Under the pieces are notes generated by a model. It searched no databases, was not told where the DNA came from, and saw only the letters and a program-made list of their open reading frames with translations. A program made the translations under genes and the position numbers. Positions 10,304-21,326 of a stretch of DNA of 64,000 nucleotides are shown here, piece by piece. Within the stretch, counting starts at the first letter, position 1. Every line of letters begins with the position of its first letter. Origin of the DNA: an uncultured Nitrososphaerales archaeon (GTDB lineage: Archaea > Thermoproteota > Nitrososphaeria > Nitrososphaerales > Nitrososphaeraceae); NCBI GenBank assembly GCA_963695855.1, contig CAVOHZ010000010.1, positions 928,001 to 992,000 of the forward strand, given 5' to 3'.

Positions 10304-10864
10304 ATGGAAAAACATCAACTATCATCAAAGATAGGTAGATTATCAATACTTGCTGCAATAATGTCAGTAATAATGCCATCTGTTTATGCAATAGACGATG
10401 AGGATAAGAAAGATTTATGTCAAGACTATGGAGGAGACTGGGAAGGAGTAGCTTGTGATTTTGAAACAGATGATGAAGATAATGCAGATAAATTTACTGA
10501 TGAGCTTCAAAAATTAGATGAATTTGAGGATGACAAGGCAGCTCTTGAAGATGATTTATGTGATGATGAAGATGCAGAAGAGACAAACATCGATATATGT
10601 CAATCTGCTACATTAGCTTTTGCATCTACAGATTCAGAGGAAGATGAAGATGAAAAAGAAGATAATCAACCTAATACAAAAGAAGAAGATGAACAGTTTG
10701 CAAAAGAATTGTGTGAAAGTGAGACCTATAAGGGAGAATGGAAAAACGGTGAATGTACTAATTTCCCAGGTGGTCAGTCTTCAGCCTCCATAGGTTATGG
10801 AGATGAATGTGAAAGCAGTGATTTTCAAAAGAAGCATCCTTACTTTTGCAAAGTAACTGACTAA
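10304..10864 (+). CDS. Secreted acidic Cys-rich protein
   Basis: Signal peptide; D/E-rich; two LC..(Y)xGxW...C modules. Confidence 0.7.
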   Translation: MEKHQLSSKIGRLSILAAIMSVIMPSVYAIDDEDKKDLCQDYGGDWEGVACDFETDDEDNADKFTDELQKLDEFEDDKAALEDDLCDDEDAEETNIDICQSATLAFASTDSEEDEDEKEDNQPNTKEEDEQFAKELCESETYKGEWKNGECTNFPGGQSSASIGYGDECESSDFQKKHPYFCKVTD

Positions 10865-11215
10865 CTATCAAACCTTCTTGAATGAGGACTTTATGTAATT
10901 CATTTCTAATTTTTTTTAGCCTAAAACCATTTTTTATTATTGTTAAAAAAAAGGTATCGTTATAATCTGATTAATTTTATAACTATTAAAAAGTATTAAA
11001 TGGAAAATAAGTTCTAGCTCCTTCAAAAATTAAATTAGGTACCTAACAATTATAAATCTTGAAAACTCATGAGGAAGTATATTTCTACTTCTGTCTTCAA
11101 AATAAAAATTTTGCAAATATTGCAGAAATATAATAGCTTTAGAATTGAATATTTTTCCATCCAAATGGTCTTTATTTTAAATTATAAATAGTTTAGAAGA
11201 TGAAATAATATTATT

Positions 11216-11497
11216 ATGGGAGCTTTCAAATCAAGGAGAAATTATAATACTTTTTTTCATAAGAAGAATAGATGGGATTTTGGTAAATATTATAGAGAAG
11301 GTTCCCGCTATCATCAGGTAGTATCATCTGGGTATTATACAAATCAGATATGAAGAGCTTTAAACAAATGTTGGGTAGGATACATGATAGCTATCAATAA
11401 ATGGGAATTTGATAAAGAAATTATGTATGCTAAAAGAATACAAAAGTTACAAAGTGAATTAGGGTTGCAAGTATCAGAGTTTGCGTGTTTAACCTGA
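11216..11497 (+). pseudogene. Small hypothetical gene with one in-frame TGA; paralog of 12887-13158
   Basis: MGAFKSRR...YTNQI*RALNKCWVGYMIA...IQKLQSELGL; TGA at 11351. Confidence 0.65.
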
Positions 11498-11700
11498 TTA
11501 AGGTTTACTCAGATCATCTTTATAAGAATATAGTCAAAGATATTGATAAGAAAATCTTACTCTTGTTATACATAAAAATACGTTAGATATATCTTTGGAG
11601 AGTATTTTTATAGATCTTCTTAACTTTATAGACTACATCATTAGGTCTCAGCTTTTGCATTACTTCCTTTAAAATTGTAATATAGTTTGGCTTGGCTTGA

Positions 11701-12462
11701 TTAATTAAACTCCGTCTTAGAATCATCTTGATACTTTAGGTAAGTATCTATGATCTTGTTGATTTTATTTTGATCATCCTCAGGTCTTACCAATTTTGCG
11801 ATATTCAACACCTTTCTAATATCTTTTTCACCTTTCTCAAGTAACAATTGTGCAATCAATGCTGATAAAATCGAAGGCAGATAGAACTTTGATATAAGTA
11901 AAGTAACACAAATTTTAATGAATTCTCTATCAGAATATTCTGGCAACGTATAGATACTAAATCTTGATCTGAAAGGTTTGGTTAACCTTTCTATGCTATT
12001 TGATGTCGCAAATATCTTTGGATTATCCATTTTAAATTTGACTCTGGTCTCTTTTTTTGTTATATTTACTTCTCCAGTCTCTAAAAGATTATAGAAAACT
12101 GCTTGATCCTTTCTGTTTATTTTATCAATTTCATCAATGAGAATTATTCTTGCATTTCTATGATTTTCTAAATCATGTATAATTCCTGGTCCACTACTGT
12201 TAGCAGCATCATAATATATACAATCATTCACCTTTTCATGTATGCATTCTAATAAGAGGGATTTTGCCGTAGCTGGAGGTCCTACAAGTAAGATGTTTAC
12301 ATTATGTTCTGATACTATTCCTCTATACAGAATTTCCTTTAGATCATTATATGAATAAATTTCGGCGAAAAAATCTAAAGCCTTTTCTTCTAATCTGTAA
12401 ATATGTGGTTGCTGTTTTTGTTCATGTCTTGAATTATCTTTTCTGAAGGAATGAAATATCAA
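11701..12462 (-). CDS. AAA+ ATPase, RuvB-like fold
   Basis: Walker A GPPATAKS, Walker B ILIDEIDK, sensor ATSN, arginine finger RSRF. Confidence 0.85.
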   Translation of the reverse strand: MIFHSFRKDNSRHEQKQQPHIYRLEEKALDFFAEIYSYNDLKEILYRGIVSEHNVNILLVGPPATAKSLLLECIHEKVNDCIYYDAANSSGPGIIHDLENHRNARIILIDEIDKINRKDQAVFYNLLETGEVNITKKETRVKFKMDNPKIFATSNSIERLTKPFRSRFSIYTLPEYSDREFIKICVTLLISKFYLPSILSALIAQLLLEKGEKDIRKVLNIAKLVRPEDDQNKINKIIDTYLKYQDDSKTEFN

Positions 12463-12886
12463 TATACAAACTATATAGAAGTTTATTATTTAGATATAGT
12501 GTTTTCAATGCTATTTTATATCCATGGTTTCAGCTGAATTTGCACATTCTAATATTTTTCTATAGAAAGAATACAAAAGTTGTGAATTCATCCAGTTTGT
12601 TGTTTAAAAAAGAGATTTTCTTCAGGATAATCAATTCGATATTCCGTAATTCTATTAATATTATTATTTGTTGGGAAAAATTTAAAAAGAAAAAAATTTT
12701 ATGAGGAAGTACACTAGTAATTTTCTTGCCGGAAAAAATATTTTAAAAAATATATTTGTATCAGGTGTAAATTGCATGATGTATTAATTTGAAGTTAGAA
12801 CTGAAAGAATTATGTTATGTATTTTTCCAATAAGCTTATACCAAAAGTTTAATTTTTTAATAACTTTCAAGATCATAAAATAATAA

Positions 12887-13158
12887 ATGAGGGCTCTACA
12901 GGAGGAATTACAATACATTTTTCATAAAACATGATTTGATCCTTGAAGTATTATAGAGAAAGCCAGAAGTATCATGAAAGATTACCATCCGGGTACCACG
13001 TAAATCGGACATGAGGTGCTTTACATAAGGCATGAGTGGGCTACTGGATAGCCAGAGATAAATTGGAACCTGATAAGGAGATTTATTATACAGAAGTAAT
13101 CCAAAAGTTGCAAAAAGAATTTGGGTTAGAACTCTTAGAGTTTGAATGTTTATCTTGA
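12887..13158 (+). pseudogene. Degraded paralog of 11216-11497
   Basis: YYRESQKYH...SGYHVNRT*GALHKA*VGYWIA...IQKLQKEFGL. Confidence 0.65.
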
Positions 13159-13205
13159 ATATAGATAGTGGGAGTTAAGTAAAAAAGCACTTAATATCAG
13201 GTTAT

Positions 13206-13478
13206 CTAATTTCTCATGATTTTGGTACATTCTTTATCTTCATCCATTACATGTAGATCAAGAATTATTGATATCACATTTTCAATATCACGAATACGGG
13301 ATTTAATATGCTGGAATTCATCTTTGATAGAATTTAGGTGATAGTTTTTTTGAAAAATAGAAGAAATAGCAATATTTTGGATTCGTTCTGATTCAGTATT
13401 CCCTGACAATTGCAGATCTTTATTGATAGTATCCAGAACATCTTTTGGAAGTGAAATTTTTAGGATCTTAGCCTCCAT
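13206..13478 (-). CDS. Probable ribbon-helix-helix (CopG-like) DNA-binding protein
   Basis: N-terminal strand KILKISLP followed by two helices and SERIQ. Confidence 0.5.
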   Translation of the reverse strand: MEAKILKISLPKDVLDTINKDLQLSGNTESERIQNIAISSIFQKNYHLNSIKDEFQHIKSRIRDIENVISIILDLHVMDEDKECTKIMRN

Positions 13479-13665
13479 TTTAATAAATTATTGCGTTTAA
13501 AGTTTTATTATTTTCAATACGATCTTTTTCCTATTTTTTTAAAAAAAATCATGTTGTTTGCTGAGCATAAGCTATGTAAATTATTTTTTTATTGATATTA
13601 TTGGAAATATTTCTAAAATTAATTATTAATATTTAATAGCATCTTCCTGTTATTGAATAATTGAG

Positions 13666-13932
13666 ATGAGTGACATTGATATTTGGCAAAAAGAGTTCTG
13701 GAATCGATTGAATCAACAAATGCAAGAAAATTTTAAAAAACAAATGGAACTTACACAAGAACAGGTAAAAAAACAAATGGAACTTACACAAGAACAGGTA
13801 AAAAAACAAATGGAATTTACACAAGAACAGATAAAAGAACAATTGGAATTTACAGGAGATCTGGTAAAAAAACAATTGAATATACAGAAGGACAGCCAAG
13901 AAGATCAGAAGAAGAAGCTAAAAGATCGATAA
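13666..13932 (+). CDS. Coiled-coil protein with 11-aa tandem repeats
   Basis: KKQMELTQEQV repeated about 4 times (33-bp unit). Confidence 0.6.
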   Translation: MSDIDIWQKEFWNRLNQQMQENFKKQMELTQEQVKKQMELTQEQVKKQMEFTQEQIKEQLEFTGDLVKKQLNIQKDSQEDQKKKLKDR

Positions 13933-14070
13933 AAGTGGCTATGAAAAATGGAGACTTTTCTTAATCAACATAATCCAACATTAGCAATGATAGAATTTGA
14001 ACAAGCAAGATTTTTAAGAAATTTCTTGAGAGAGTGAAATTTCCCTTTATTTTTATTAATTTAAAATAAT

Positions 14071-14161
14071 TAAAAAATAAATCTTTAATATTATTATCTT
14101 TATTACCATATATTAGACTCTTATTTCACACTGCTATCGGTGTTACTCCCTACTGGCCGGT
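14071..14161 (+). repeat. att-like site E (family 2)
   Basis: ATTAGACTCTTATTTCACACTGCTATCGGTGTTACTCCCTACTGGCCGGT, homologous to 6137-6228. Confidence 0.85.
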
Positions 14162-14290
14162 AATATATTTGGGTTTATATACAACTATTGATAATATAAT
14201 TTAAAAATTTAGTGACTTGGTCGTGAGTATAACTTAAAATTTCAGACTAACAAAAAGTTTGTGATTACAAATAATTGATATTAGTTTTTA

Positions 14291-14331
14291 TAGATTAGTA
14301 ACAAATTTGTAACTCAAAACTACCCGGCCCC
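14291..14331 (+). repeat. Palindromic repeat I2
   Basis: TAGATTAGTAACAAATTTGTAACTCAAAACTACCCGGCCCC, matching 6949-6982. Confidence 0.7.
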
Positions 14332-14393
14332 TAATCTTTTAAAAATAATAGTATAATAATTGAACAGTAGATTTTAAATATTATGCCTTTTTA

Positions 14394-15524
14394 TACCAAT
14401 TAGCATAAGTATACTGACTTTATTTTACTATTGTATCATACATTTTAGAGCAGAATAGCTATTAGCTACTATTATTATTAACATGATACATCTTATTGAT
14501 TACTACAGAAATATCAAAAACAAGATTTGAAAAACTATACAGATCTGAAAATGATGCTAATGTAAAGGAAAGAATGCTACTTGTTTTAAATGTAGTATAC
14601 GAGAAACAGATTCCCGCACAGGTAGCAAGAGATCTTCATAGAAGCAAGACATGGGCATCTGACTGGTTAAAGAGATACAGAGAAGAAGGAATAGAAGGAT
14701 TAAAAAACAGAACAAAGAGTGGAAGACATCCAGATCTATCAGAAGATACAATATATGAAATAATAAAGGAATTATCATCCAGCAAACAAGGTTGGACTAC
14801 AAAACAGGTAGAAGATCTGATTGTGAAAAAGAGTGGTGGAATAAGATACCATTACACCCACGTATACAGACTCATGCACAAGTGGGGATTCAAGCAGAAG
14901 GTACCAAGAAAGTTACATGTTAATACAGCATCAAAAGAAGAGAAAGAAAATTTTAAAAAACAGCCAGAACGATTCTGGATACTCTCCACGACGAAGGATT
15001 CACGGTAGTATCTACAGATGAATCATTTTTCTTCTATGATTCACTCGTCAGGAAAGTATGGATAAGCAAGTATGAAAGACCAGTTGTAAGGATTACAGGG
15101 TCCCATCAGGAATCTGTCTTATTTGGTGCCACAAGCCTTGAAGGAAAACAGTTATTCAGACAGTACTACTGGTTTGATGAAAATACCTGTTTAGATTACC
15201 TAAAACAGATACACAGAAAATTTCCAAAATGTTACTTGTTCCTAGATAAGGCAAAACAACATTACAGATCGAAAAAGGTACTGAAATATTTTGCTGACAA
15301 TGGAGATAGTTTGATTCCAGTTTATCTTCCAACAGCATCTCCAGAGTTTATGGTACTGGAAGAGATATGGCATATAGCCAAAAACGATCTGCTTGTTCTA
15401 CAATATTATTTGTCATTTACTGATTTTAAAAATAAAATATCATTATATTTTAGAACAAAAAGATTTCATCTTGATATGAGAAACTATCTGGTTGATGGTG
15501 TCAGCTAACATATGCTAAGTGGTA
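14394..15524 (+). mobile_element. IS630 family element, copy 2
   Basis: TIRs TACCAATTAGCATAAGTATACTGAC / GTCAGCTAACATATGCTAAGTGGTA; TA duplication; close paralog of copy 1. Confidence 0.92.
14496..15508 (+). CDS. IS630 transposase (two frames)
   Basis: HTH ORF 14496-15008 plus DDE frame ending at 15508; slippery TTTTAAAAAA near 14950. Confidence 0.85.
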
Positions 15525-15589
15525 TACTATAACACAATATTAAATTCTTATTTTTGCACTGCTATCGGTATTACTCCCAACGAATCAGT
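15525..15589 (+). repeat. att-like site F (family 2; 5' part at ~14360-14393, split by IS630)
   Basis: TTTTTGCACTGCTATCGGTATTACTCCCAACGAATCAGT. Confidence 0.8.
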
Positions 15590-15658
15590 AGATTTCTCTG
15601 GTTCACCTATATTATTCAAAAATATTGAATAGGGTTTAATTTAGTTATCTCAATAATT

Positions 15659-16424
15659 CTAATCAAATAAGGCTTTTGTTCTTTTAAATAAATTTACTTT
15701 TTTATTTGTGTCCATACTATCCAATTCTTCTGCATGCTTACCAGATACCTCATCATTCCATGCTTGCACTATTTTTTCCAGTACTTTATTTAATTCTGTT
15801 AAATTGCTATTTTCGGTAGTAGGAAAAACATCAGTTTTATTTTTTGTCAATAAATATTCTTCCATCTTCATCTTCACAAAAGCTTGTACATCATCCATTA
15901 TAGTTCCCATTGGTGAACTTGGCAGACCATATTCATTGGTAAATTCTTTAAGGTTTTTCTTGGCTTGATTTTGTTTAGGATTATATTTAAAGATGTTTTC
16001 CATGCTTTCAATGCTTCCTCTCTTCTCATATCTTCCCAAAGAACACAAGCAAGATTTTGGTAAGAATCAGCTATCTCCATCTTCTTTGAATCCTTATCAT
16101 CATAAAGAGTAATGGATTTCTCATACATCTTAATCGCCTTTTTTCATTGTTTTTTATTACTATAAAAAATTCCAAGCATCAGGATTATTTGGATACAACG
16201 CAAGGATGTTATCAAGCCATTTTTTAGCCTGGGTTAATTTATTTTTTGCAATAAGAATCTCTACCATCATTATCATGGTTTCTGAATCACTGATACATCC
16301 TATCAAAATTTCCGATAAAACCTTTTTTTGCTTCACTATATTTTTTTTCTAAACATAACTTTGTTGCTAATGTTAACCCACAATTGCGTATTTAATCAGG
16401 TGTTGGAGCCTTAGCATCATCCAT
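15659..16424 (-). pseudogene. Fragmented TPR-repeat protein
   Basis: Fragments in several frames: AKKWLDNILALYPNNPDAW, AIKMYEKSI, EALKAWKTSL, YNPKQNQAKKNL; 5' boundary approximate. Confidence 0.65.
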
Positions 16425-16773
16425 GTTATCATAATAATTGAACTTTCTGTACTTTTAATATTTTATCCTATCAATTAATAATTTTTCATAACCATAAAAT
16501 ATTAAAATGGTTTTTAAAAATAAGCTTACAAATATATCATTACTATTCTCACCTATAACATGATGTACACTTTTAGTATCTAATATCAAATTCATGTGAA
16601 CCAATTTTATCTGACTGATTTTAATTTGAGTTTCTAATAATAAAAGCTAAATACAATGTAGTAAAACCTACCACATGAAAGATTCTACTCCAGTTAAAAG
16701 CTTCTAATGTATATCATAAATGACAAGAATTCCAGCGTGATTTATGAGAATTATCTTCTCTTAAATTATTATC

Positions 16774-17418
16774 TTATTTATATTCTTGAATCAAGAATGA
16801 TGGTTTCTCTGAATCTTGAATTACTGGTACGAATTCAATAGAATTAAGAATATTTTTTATATCTCCAATATGTTCCATGTAATATTCTTTAGAAGGAGAT
16901 TCAAATCTGAAATCATAGAATTTATCGAAATCCCTTACTAATACATCATAATTATAATTAAATCCGTTATTTGATAAAGATAGATATTCCATTACCCATG
17001 CAGAGTGATTCCCAGCTATTTTTATCTCTTCATCATCAATGTATGAGAATCCAGGAGCTTTGTTTAAGTTTTCATATTTCCATGCCATAAAATCAATAGA
17101 ATTAGAACATTTACATTCATCTTTTATTTTAGCCAAATCATAGGATCTTATGGAAAAATATGAATCTCTATTTTCATTATTCTCTTTTAAGTTGAACGCA
17201 ATAATACATCCAAATAAGTTACATGTATTACTATCAAATGATGATGGGCTTACTTTTTCCCAAGGATTGGGGTATTGTAATTTAATTCCAAGAAACGGGT
17301 TATAATAATCATTAGTTGTTGAATTTGATTGTGCAAATGAGGGTGGTATAATTGATAATATTGACGATAAAACAATAACAACAACAAAAAGAAATAAAAA
17401 ATATTTCATAGTGTTCAT
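16774..17418 (-). CDS. Exported PsbP-like domain protein
   Basis: Signal peptide, YYNPFLGIKLQYPNPW, C-terminal IKNILNSIEF. Confidence 0.7.
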   Translation of the reverse strand: MNTMKYFLFLFVVVIVLSSILSIIPPSFAQSNSTTNDYYNPFLGIKLQYPNPWEKVSPSSFDSNTCNLFGCIIAFNLKENNENRDSYFSIRSYDLAKIKDECKCSNSIDFMAWKYENLNKAPGFSYIDDEEIKIAGNHSAWVMEYLSLSNNGFNYNYDVLVRDFDKFYDFRFESPSKEYYMEHIGDIKNILNSIEFVPVIQDSEKPSFLIQEYK

Positions 17419-17682
17419 ACCTTATTGCTTCTATTATATTTCTTTCTAACATGAAAATTCTATCATCGCTATAGAAAATAAATTTGATGGAATTAAGATA
17501 ATAAAATTTGGATAGGGGTATAATAAAAATACATTATATAATAGGACCCCAATCTGAGTCTATTAATTGATCTGACAGATGATATTAATATTGTGTGTAT
17601 ATATGCAAGAGACAGCATTGATTGTTACTTATCATTTACTATTACTTCACAAATAAATTAAGTTATAAGGGCTTATTAATAA

Positions 17683-17763
17683 TTCAAATCTAAAATCTTA
17701 AATATAATCCATATTGCTATAACATTGGGTCCTAATTTTTCCACCGCTATCGGTATTATTCTC
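17683..17763 (+). repeat. att-like site G (family 2, tRNA core lost)
   Basis: CATTGGGTCCTAATTTTTCCACCGCTATCGGTATTATTCTC. Confidence 0.7.
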
Positions 17764-17809
17764 TATATTCATTATGGTAGAAGATTTTGTTTGTATTTAT
17801 CTAATTTTC

Positions 17810-18822
17810 TGGTTTGTTGCATAACTCGTTTAACCAATCGTTCTCATTATTATATAATTGATAATTATGTAACAGTTATACTTTGAAACCAGTTATACAA
17901 CGATGCTTTCAACATTATCTCTCTTATCATGTTCTCTAACCTGATAGCAGTAACATATTCACCAAACATTCTCTTCATAGAGGAAAAAACAGATTCTACC
18001 ATCCATCTTTGTCCATAGCGTACACTATCTTTCCATTCTTGCAAATCATTCTTCTGCATTTTCACCATCTTGTTTCTAAGGTAATGATTGGTCTTGTTTC
18101 TGCATCTAGAATTCTTTCTTACCTTTATTGCTGGTTGTATGCCTTTAAATGATAGAAACTGAAAGATCTTGTTGCTATCATAGGAACCATCCATGATAGC
18201 AGTATCTATTACCTTATTCTGTTTTATTGCTATATAATCAACCAATTTTGGAAGTACTTTTACATCATGTACTTCTTCACTAGTAACATCTAATGATAGA
18301 ATTCTCTTCTTTTTTATATCGACTGCTAAATGTATCTTTAGATATCCTCTTTTTACATTCCACTTGTGTCTAATCCATTCACCCCTCTTAGATACCTTTA
18401 TACCGGTAGAATCAATTGCAATAACAAAATTATCATCATGCAAGTTAGATTTGGTTATATCATCAGAAATCTTGATATCCAGTCTATTTATTCTTCTGCT
18501 AATGTTACTATAATCTGGAATTGATGGCAAAGTGTTTGAAGCATGTTCTCTTACTACTCCTTCAGTTTGTCTGTAGGGTAAGTGAAAGTATGCTCTCATG
18601 TATCCCAATAACTTGACAAATGAATCTGGATATACGAATTTCCTACCTTCCTTTTCCTTATTCATCTTCTCTAGTTCAGTATTCCAGTTATCTATAACAT
18701 CAAAATCCAGTAATACCTCACCACGTTTAACAAGAGATTCGTTGTAATTTCTCCAGTTCACATAATATGACTAGAATTGGTTAGCTAAATGTGTTGAGAA
18801 GAACAAGTTGTGCAACAAGGCA
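17810..18822 (-). mobile_element. IS5 family element, IS903-like
   Basis: TIRs TGGTTTGTTGCATAAC / GTTGTGCAACAAGGCA flanked by direct repeat TAATTTTC (17802-17809 and 18823-18830). Confidence 0.9.
17865..18761 (-). CDS. IS5 family transposase
   Basis: MNWRNYNESLVKRG, IDSTG, DGSYD, YGQRWMVES. Confidence 0.95.
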   Translation of the reverse strand: MNWRNYNESLVKRGEVLLDFDVIDNWNTELEKMNKEKEGRKFVYPDSFVKLLGYMRAYFHLPYRQTEGVVREHASNTLPSIPDYSNISRRINRLDIKISDDITKSNLHDDNFVIAIDSTGIKVSKRGEWIRHKWNVKRGYLKIHLAVDIKKKRILSLDVTSEEVHDVKVLPKLVDYIAIKQNKVIDTAIMDGSYDSNKIFQFLSFKGIQPAIKVRKNSRCRNKTNHYLRNKMVKMQKNDLQEWKDSVRYGQRWMVESVFSSMKRMFGEYVTAIRLENMIREIMLKASLYNWFQSITVT

Positions 18823-19049
18823 TAATTTTCCATATTCTTGCCTTTCTTACTATTTAATATTATTGGAAAACCAAAAAGTAAAAATAGTAAACTAATCATT
18901 GGAACAAATATTCGAATGGAACTTTCTGTTATAGTTATAATTAACGGAATTGCCAACATGACAGCGCCTAACACCATAAAAATTATTCCTATTCTTCTCT
19001 CTTCCAATAAAATGCTTAATTTCACATGTTGTATAAAACAGTATTTCAT
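18823..19049 (-). CDS. Small two-TM membrane protein; native stop displaced by IS5
   Basis: Empty-site reconstruction ends KKGKNMEN*. Confidence 0.5.
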
Positions 19050-19393
19050 ATTTGATAGAAAAGAAAAACAATTGTATTGAAATTTATAGATGATTCGGTG
19101 CTGTAACTTAAGGAAAGAGCTATAGCTGTGAATGTTCTATTCTAACAATATATGTTGTTAAGATTTGTCAGAAATAGAACATGTACTTTTATTGTAATGT
19201 ATTCCCTTTATTGCTTTCAACCCATGCAAATCCTCAATAATAATTATTATAGCATTTCTCTAAAAAGCAAAAATATAGAACAATTTAGATAAACAAAAAA
19301 AACGATTTAGGAATTTAATACCCTAATGAATATAAAACTACCTAGTACTGGATTTGAAATTCGAAGATAGAGGATTCATTAGTACTTCCATAG

Positions 19394-20041
19394 TTATGGA
19401 CCTCTGTATTCTACTACTGAATAAAATGCGTTCTTTCCAGAGTGGTCAAAATTTAAACTTGGAGTAGTAATACGCATTATCTTTGTTTTTGCTGCTTCTG
19501 CAACTTTCCAAATAAATCCGTTTGGTAGTTGTACCTTTGTATCCTGTTCTTCCCCAGTTACAGGATTCTTAAAACTTTCTAAATGAACATCCATGATATT
19601 GGATACAGTGAAACTACTTCTCTTTCCATCTATCTTGATATTGATGTCTACAAATTGAGGTTCTAGAAAATATTTTATTGTCCCTGCAAAGAGAGCAAAA
19701 GGACCTTCTCCTTTAGCTTTACCCGAAAATATATCGACTAATGCACTTCTTATATTATTATATGGTGTATTTTTAGTAATGTAAAGCTGCATTGTACCAT
19801 TTCCTTCATGTATTGCCTTCGGCCAGGCATATGCACCAACTACATCTAAGCCATCTAATTTTACATCTCCATAATTTCCTTCTCTTATATGATACAGTAC
19901 TAAAGCTCTGCAAAAGCCTGAGGAAGGAAAACCATCAAAATTACATGGACAACCATAATCACAATTACATGTTTCAACATAATCGGCTTTTAAATGCCAA
20001 GTCGGAATCTGAGTGGTAGATGATGATAACGAATATTTCAT
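19394..20041 (-). CDS. DUF1326 domain protein
   Basis: ETCNCDYGCPC...GFC...YHIREGNYGDVKLDGL. Confidence 0.88.
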   Translation of the reverse strand: MKYSLSSSTTQIPTWHLKADYVETCNCDYGCPCNFDGFPSSGFCRALVLYHIREGNYGDVKLDGLDVVGAYAWPKAIHEGNGTMQLYITKNTPYNNIRSALVDIFSGKAKGEGPFALFAGTIKYFLEPQFVDINIKIDGKRSSFTVSNIMDVHLESFKNPVTGEEQDTKVQLPNGFIWKVAEAAKTKIMRITTPSLNFDHSGKNAFYSVVEYRGP

Positions 20042-20123
20042 ATCAATAACTAATTATTTATTTGTATAAAAGAATATCTTTATACAGTAAAATTAATTTG
20101 ATTACTACTAATCAAAAGGATTC

Positions 20124-20906
20124 TCAACAATGGATAATAGGTTCTAACTTTTGTCTTAATAAAATACCTGAATATGCAAAATCATTCTTCATTATAGCTT
20201 CAGTATACTTTGTAAATAGTGAATTGTCAATACATGAACCATCGATAGGATATACCATATTTGGTGATAAATCTTCAAGCCTTTTAGTTGTATTTCTCAC
20301 AGGTTTCTTACTGGCAAATATTCCAGCACATCTATAAAGATTAATCAGTAGTTCTGAAAGTTCTTCAGATAAAACAGGTTTATTCTTTCCTGGTTGGATA
20401 AATAAATCAGAAGTAAACAGTGACTTGGTATTCTGCTCAAATATCATCATACTATCCTAGTGATGAACATGTGGTGTCATAATGTATTTGAATTGCCTCT
20501 TACCAGTCTTTAGGATTTCAATTTCCCAAACTGCTATATGGTCTAAAGGAATGTTATACCAGCCCATCATTTTTAGCTTTGAACTTAAATCGCTGCATAC
20601 TAATTTTGCATAAGCAGATTCTAAAAATCCCATTCCACCCCGTTGGTCACTTTCAAAATTAAAAAAAGATATATATGCTAACTTTTGCAAAGGGATAACT
20701 TCTTATATTTTTTGTTCTAAATTTTTATACATTCCTATGGGACCTGTATGAAATAACATAGGTTTTTCATCATCAATCAAAAATTGATGAAACGTTATTC
20801 CAAATGTATTTGAGAATCCGGATATTCTATAGATTGCATCAGTAATTTCAGAAATGGTAACATCAACATCCTTATTATAATAATCAGTCTTGTTAATTTC
20901 TCTCAT
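20124..20906 (-). pseudogene. Fragmented FprA/ODP-type metallo-beta-lactamase-fold protein
   Basis: Three consecutive fragments: QFLIDDEKPMLFHTG, FESDQRGG...TPHVHH, LFTSDLFIQPG. Confidence 0.8.
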
Positions 20907-21326
20907 CTTTAGAATAGATTAACATAAGTAAATAATTTTCATGAAATTTGCTTGTAGGTAGATTAAATATATTGGATGACAAATATATCCAATAGTCGTA
21001 TGAATCTTCTCTTAGCAAAAAGATTCGATACCCCTTATTTTATTAAGTCCTTCTGTTCTAAATAGTTACCAAAAAACTAAATCTAATAAAATATCATTTT
21101 CATTATCAGGAATTCGTTGTCTATAAAAAGGAATTCGCCCTAAGATTTATTAAAAAAATCAGAAAATAAGATTAAAAAGAATATTATAAAAAACATTATA
21201 AAGAGGAAATAAAATAAATAGGACAAAAAAATGATTCGATATAGTAACTTTAACTACTGATCTATAATAAATTATATATTGACTTTTTCATGCATGTCTT
21301 TGTAATTAGAAAAGCCGTATTATCAT

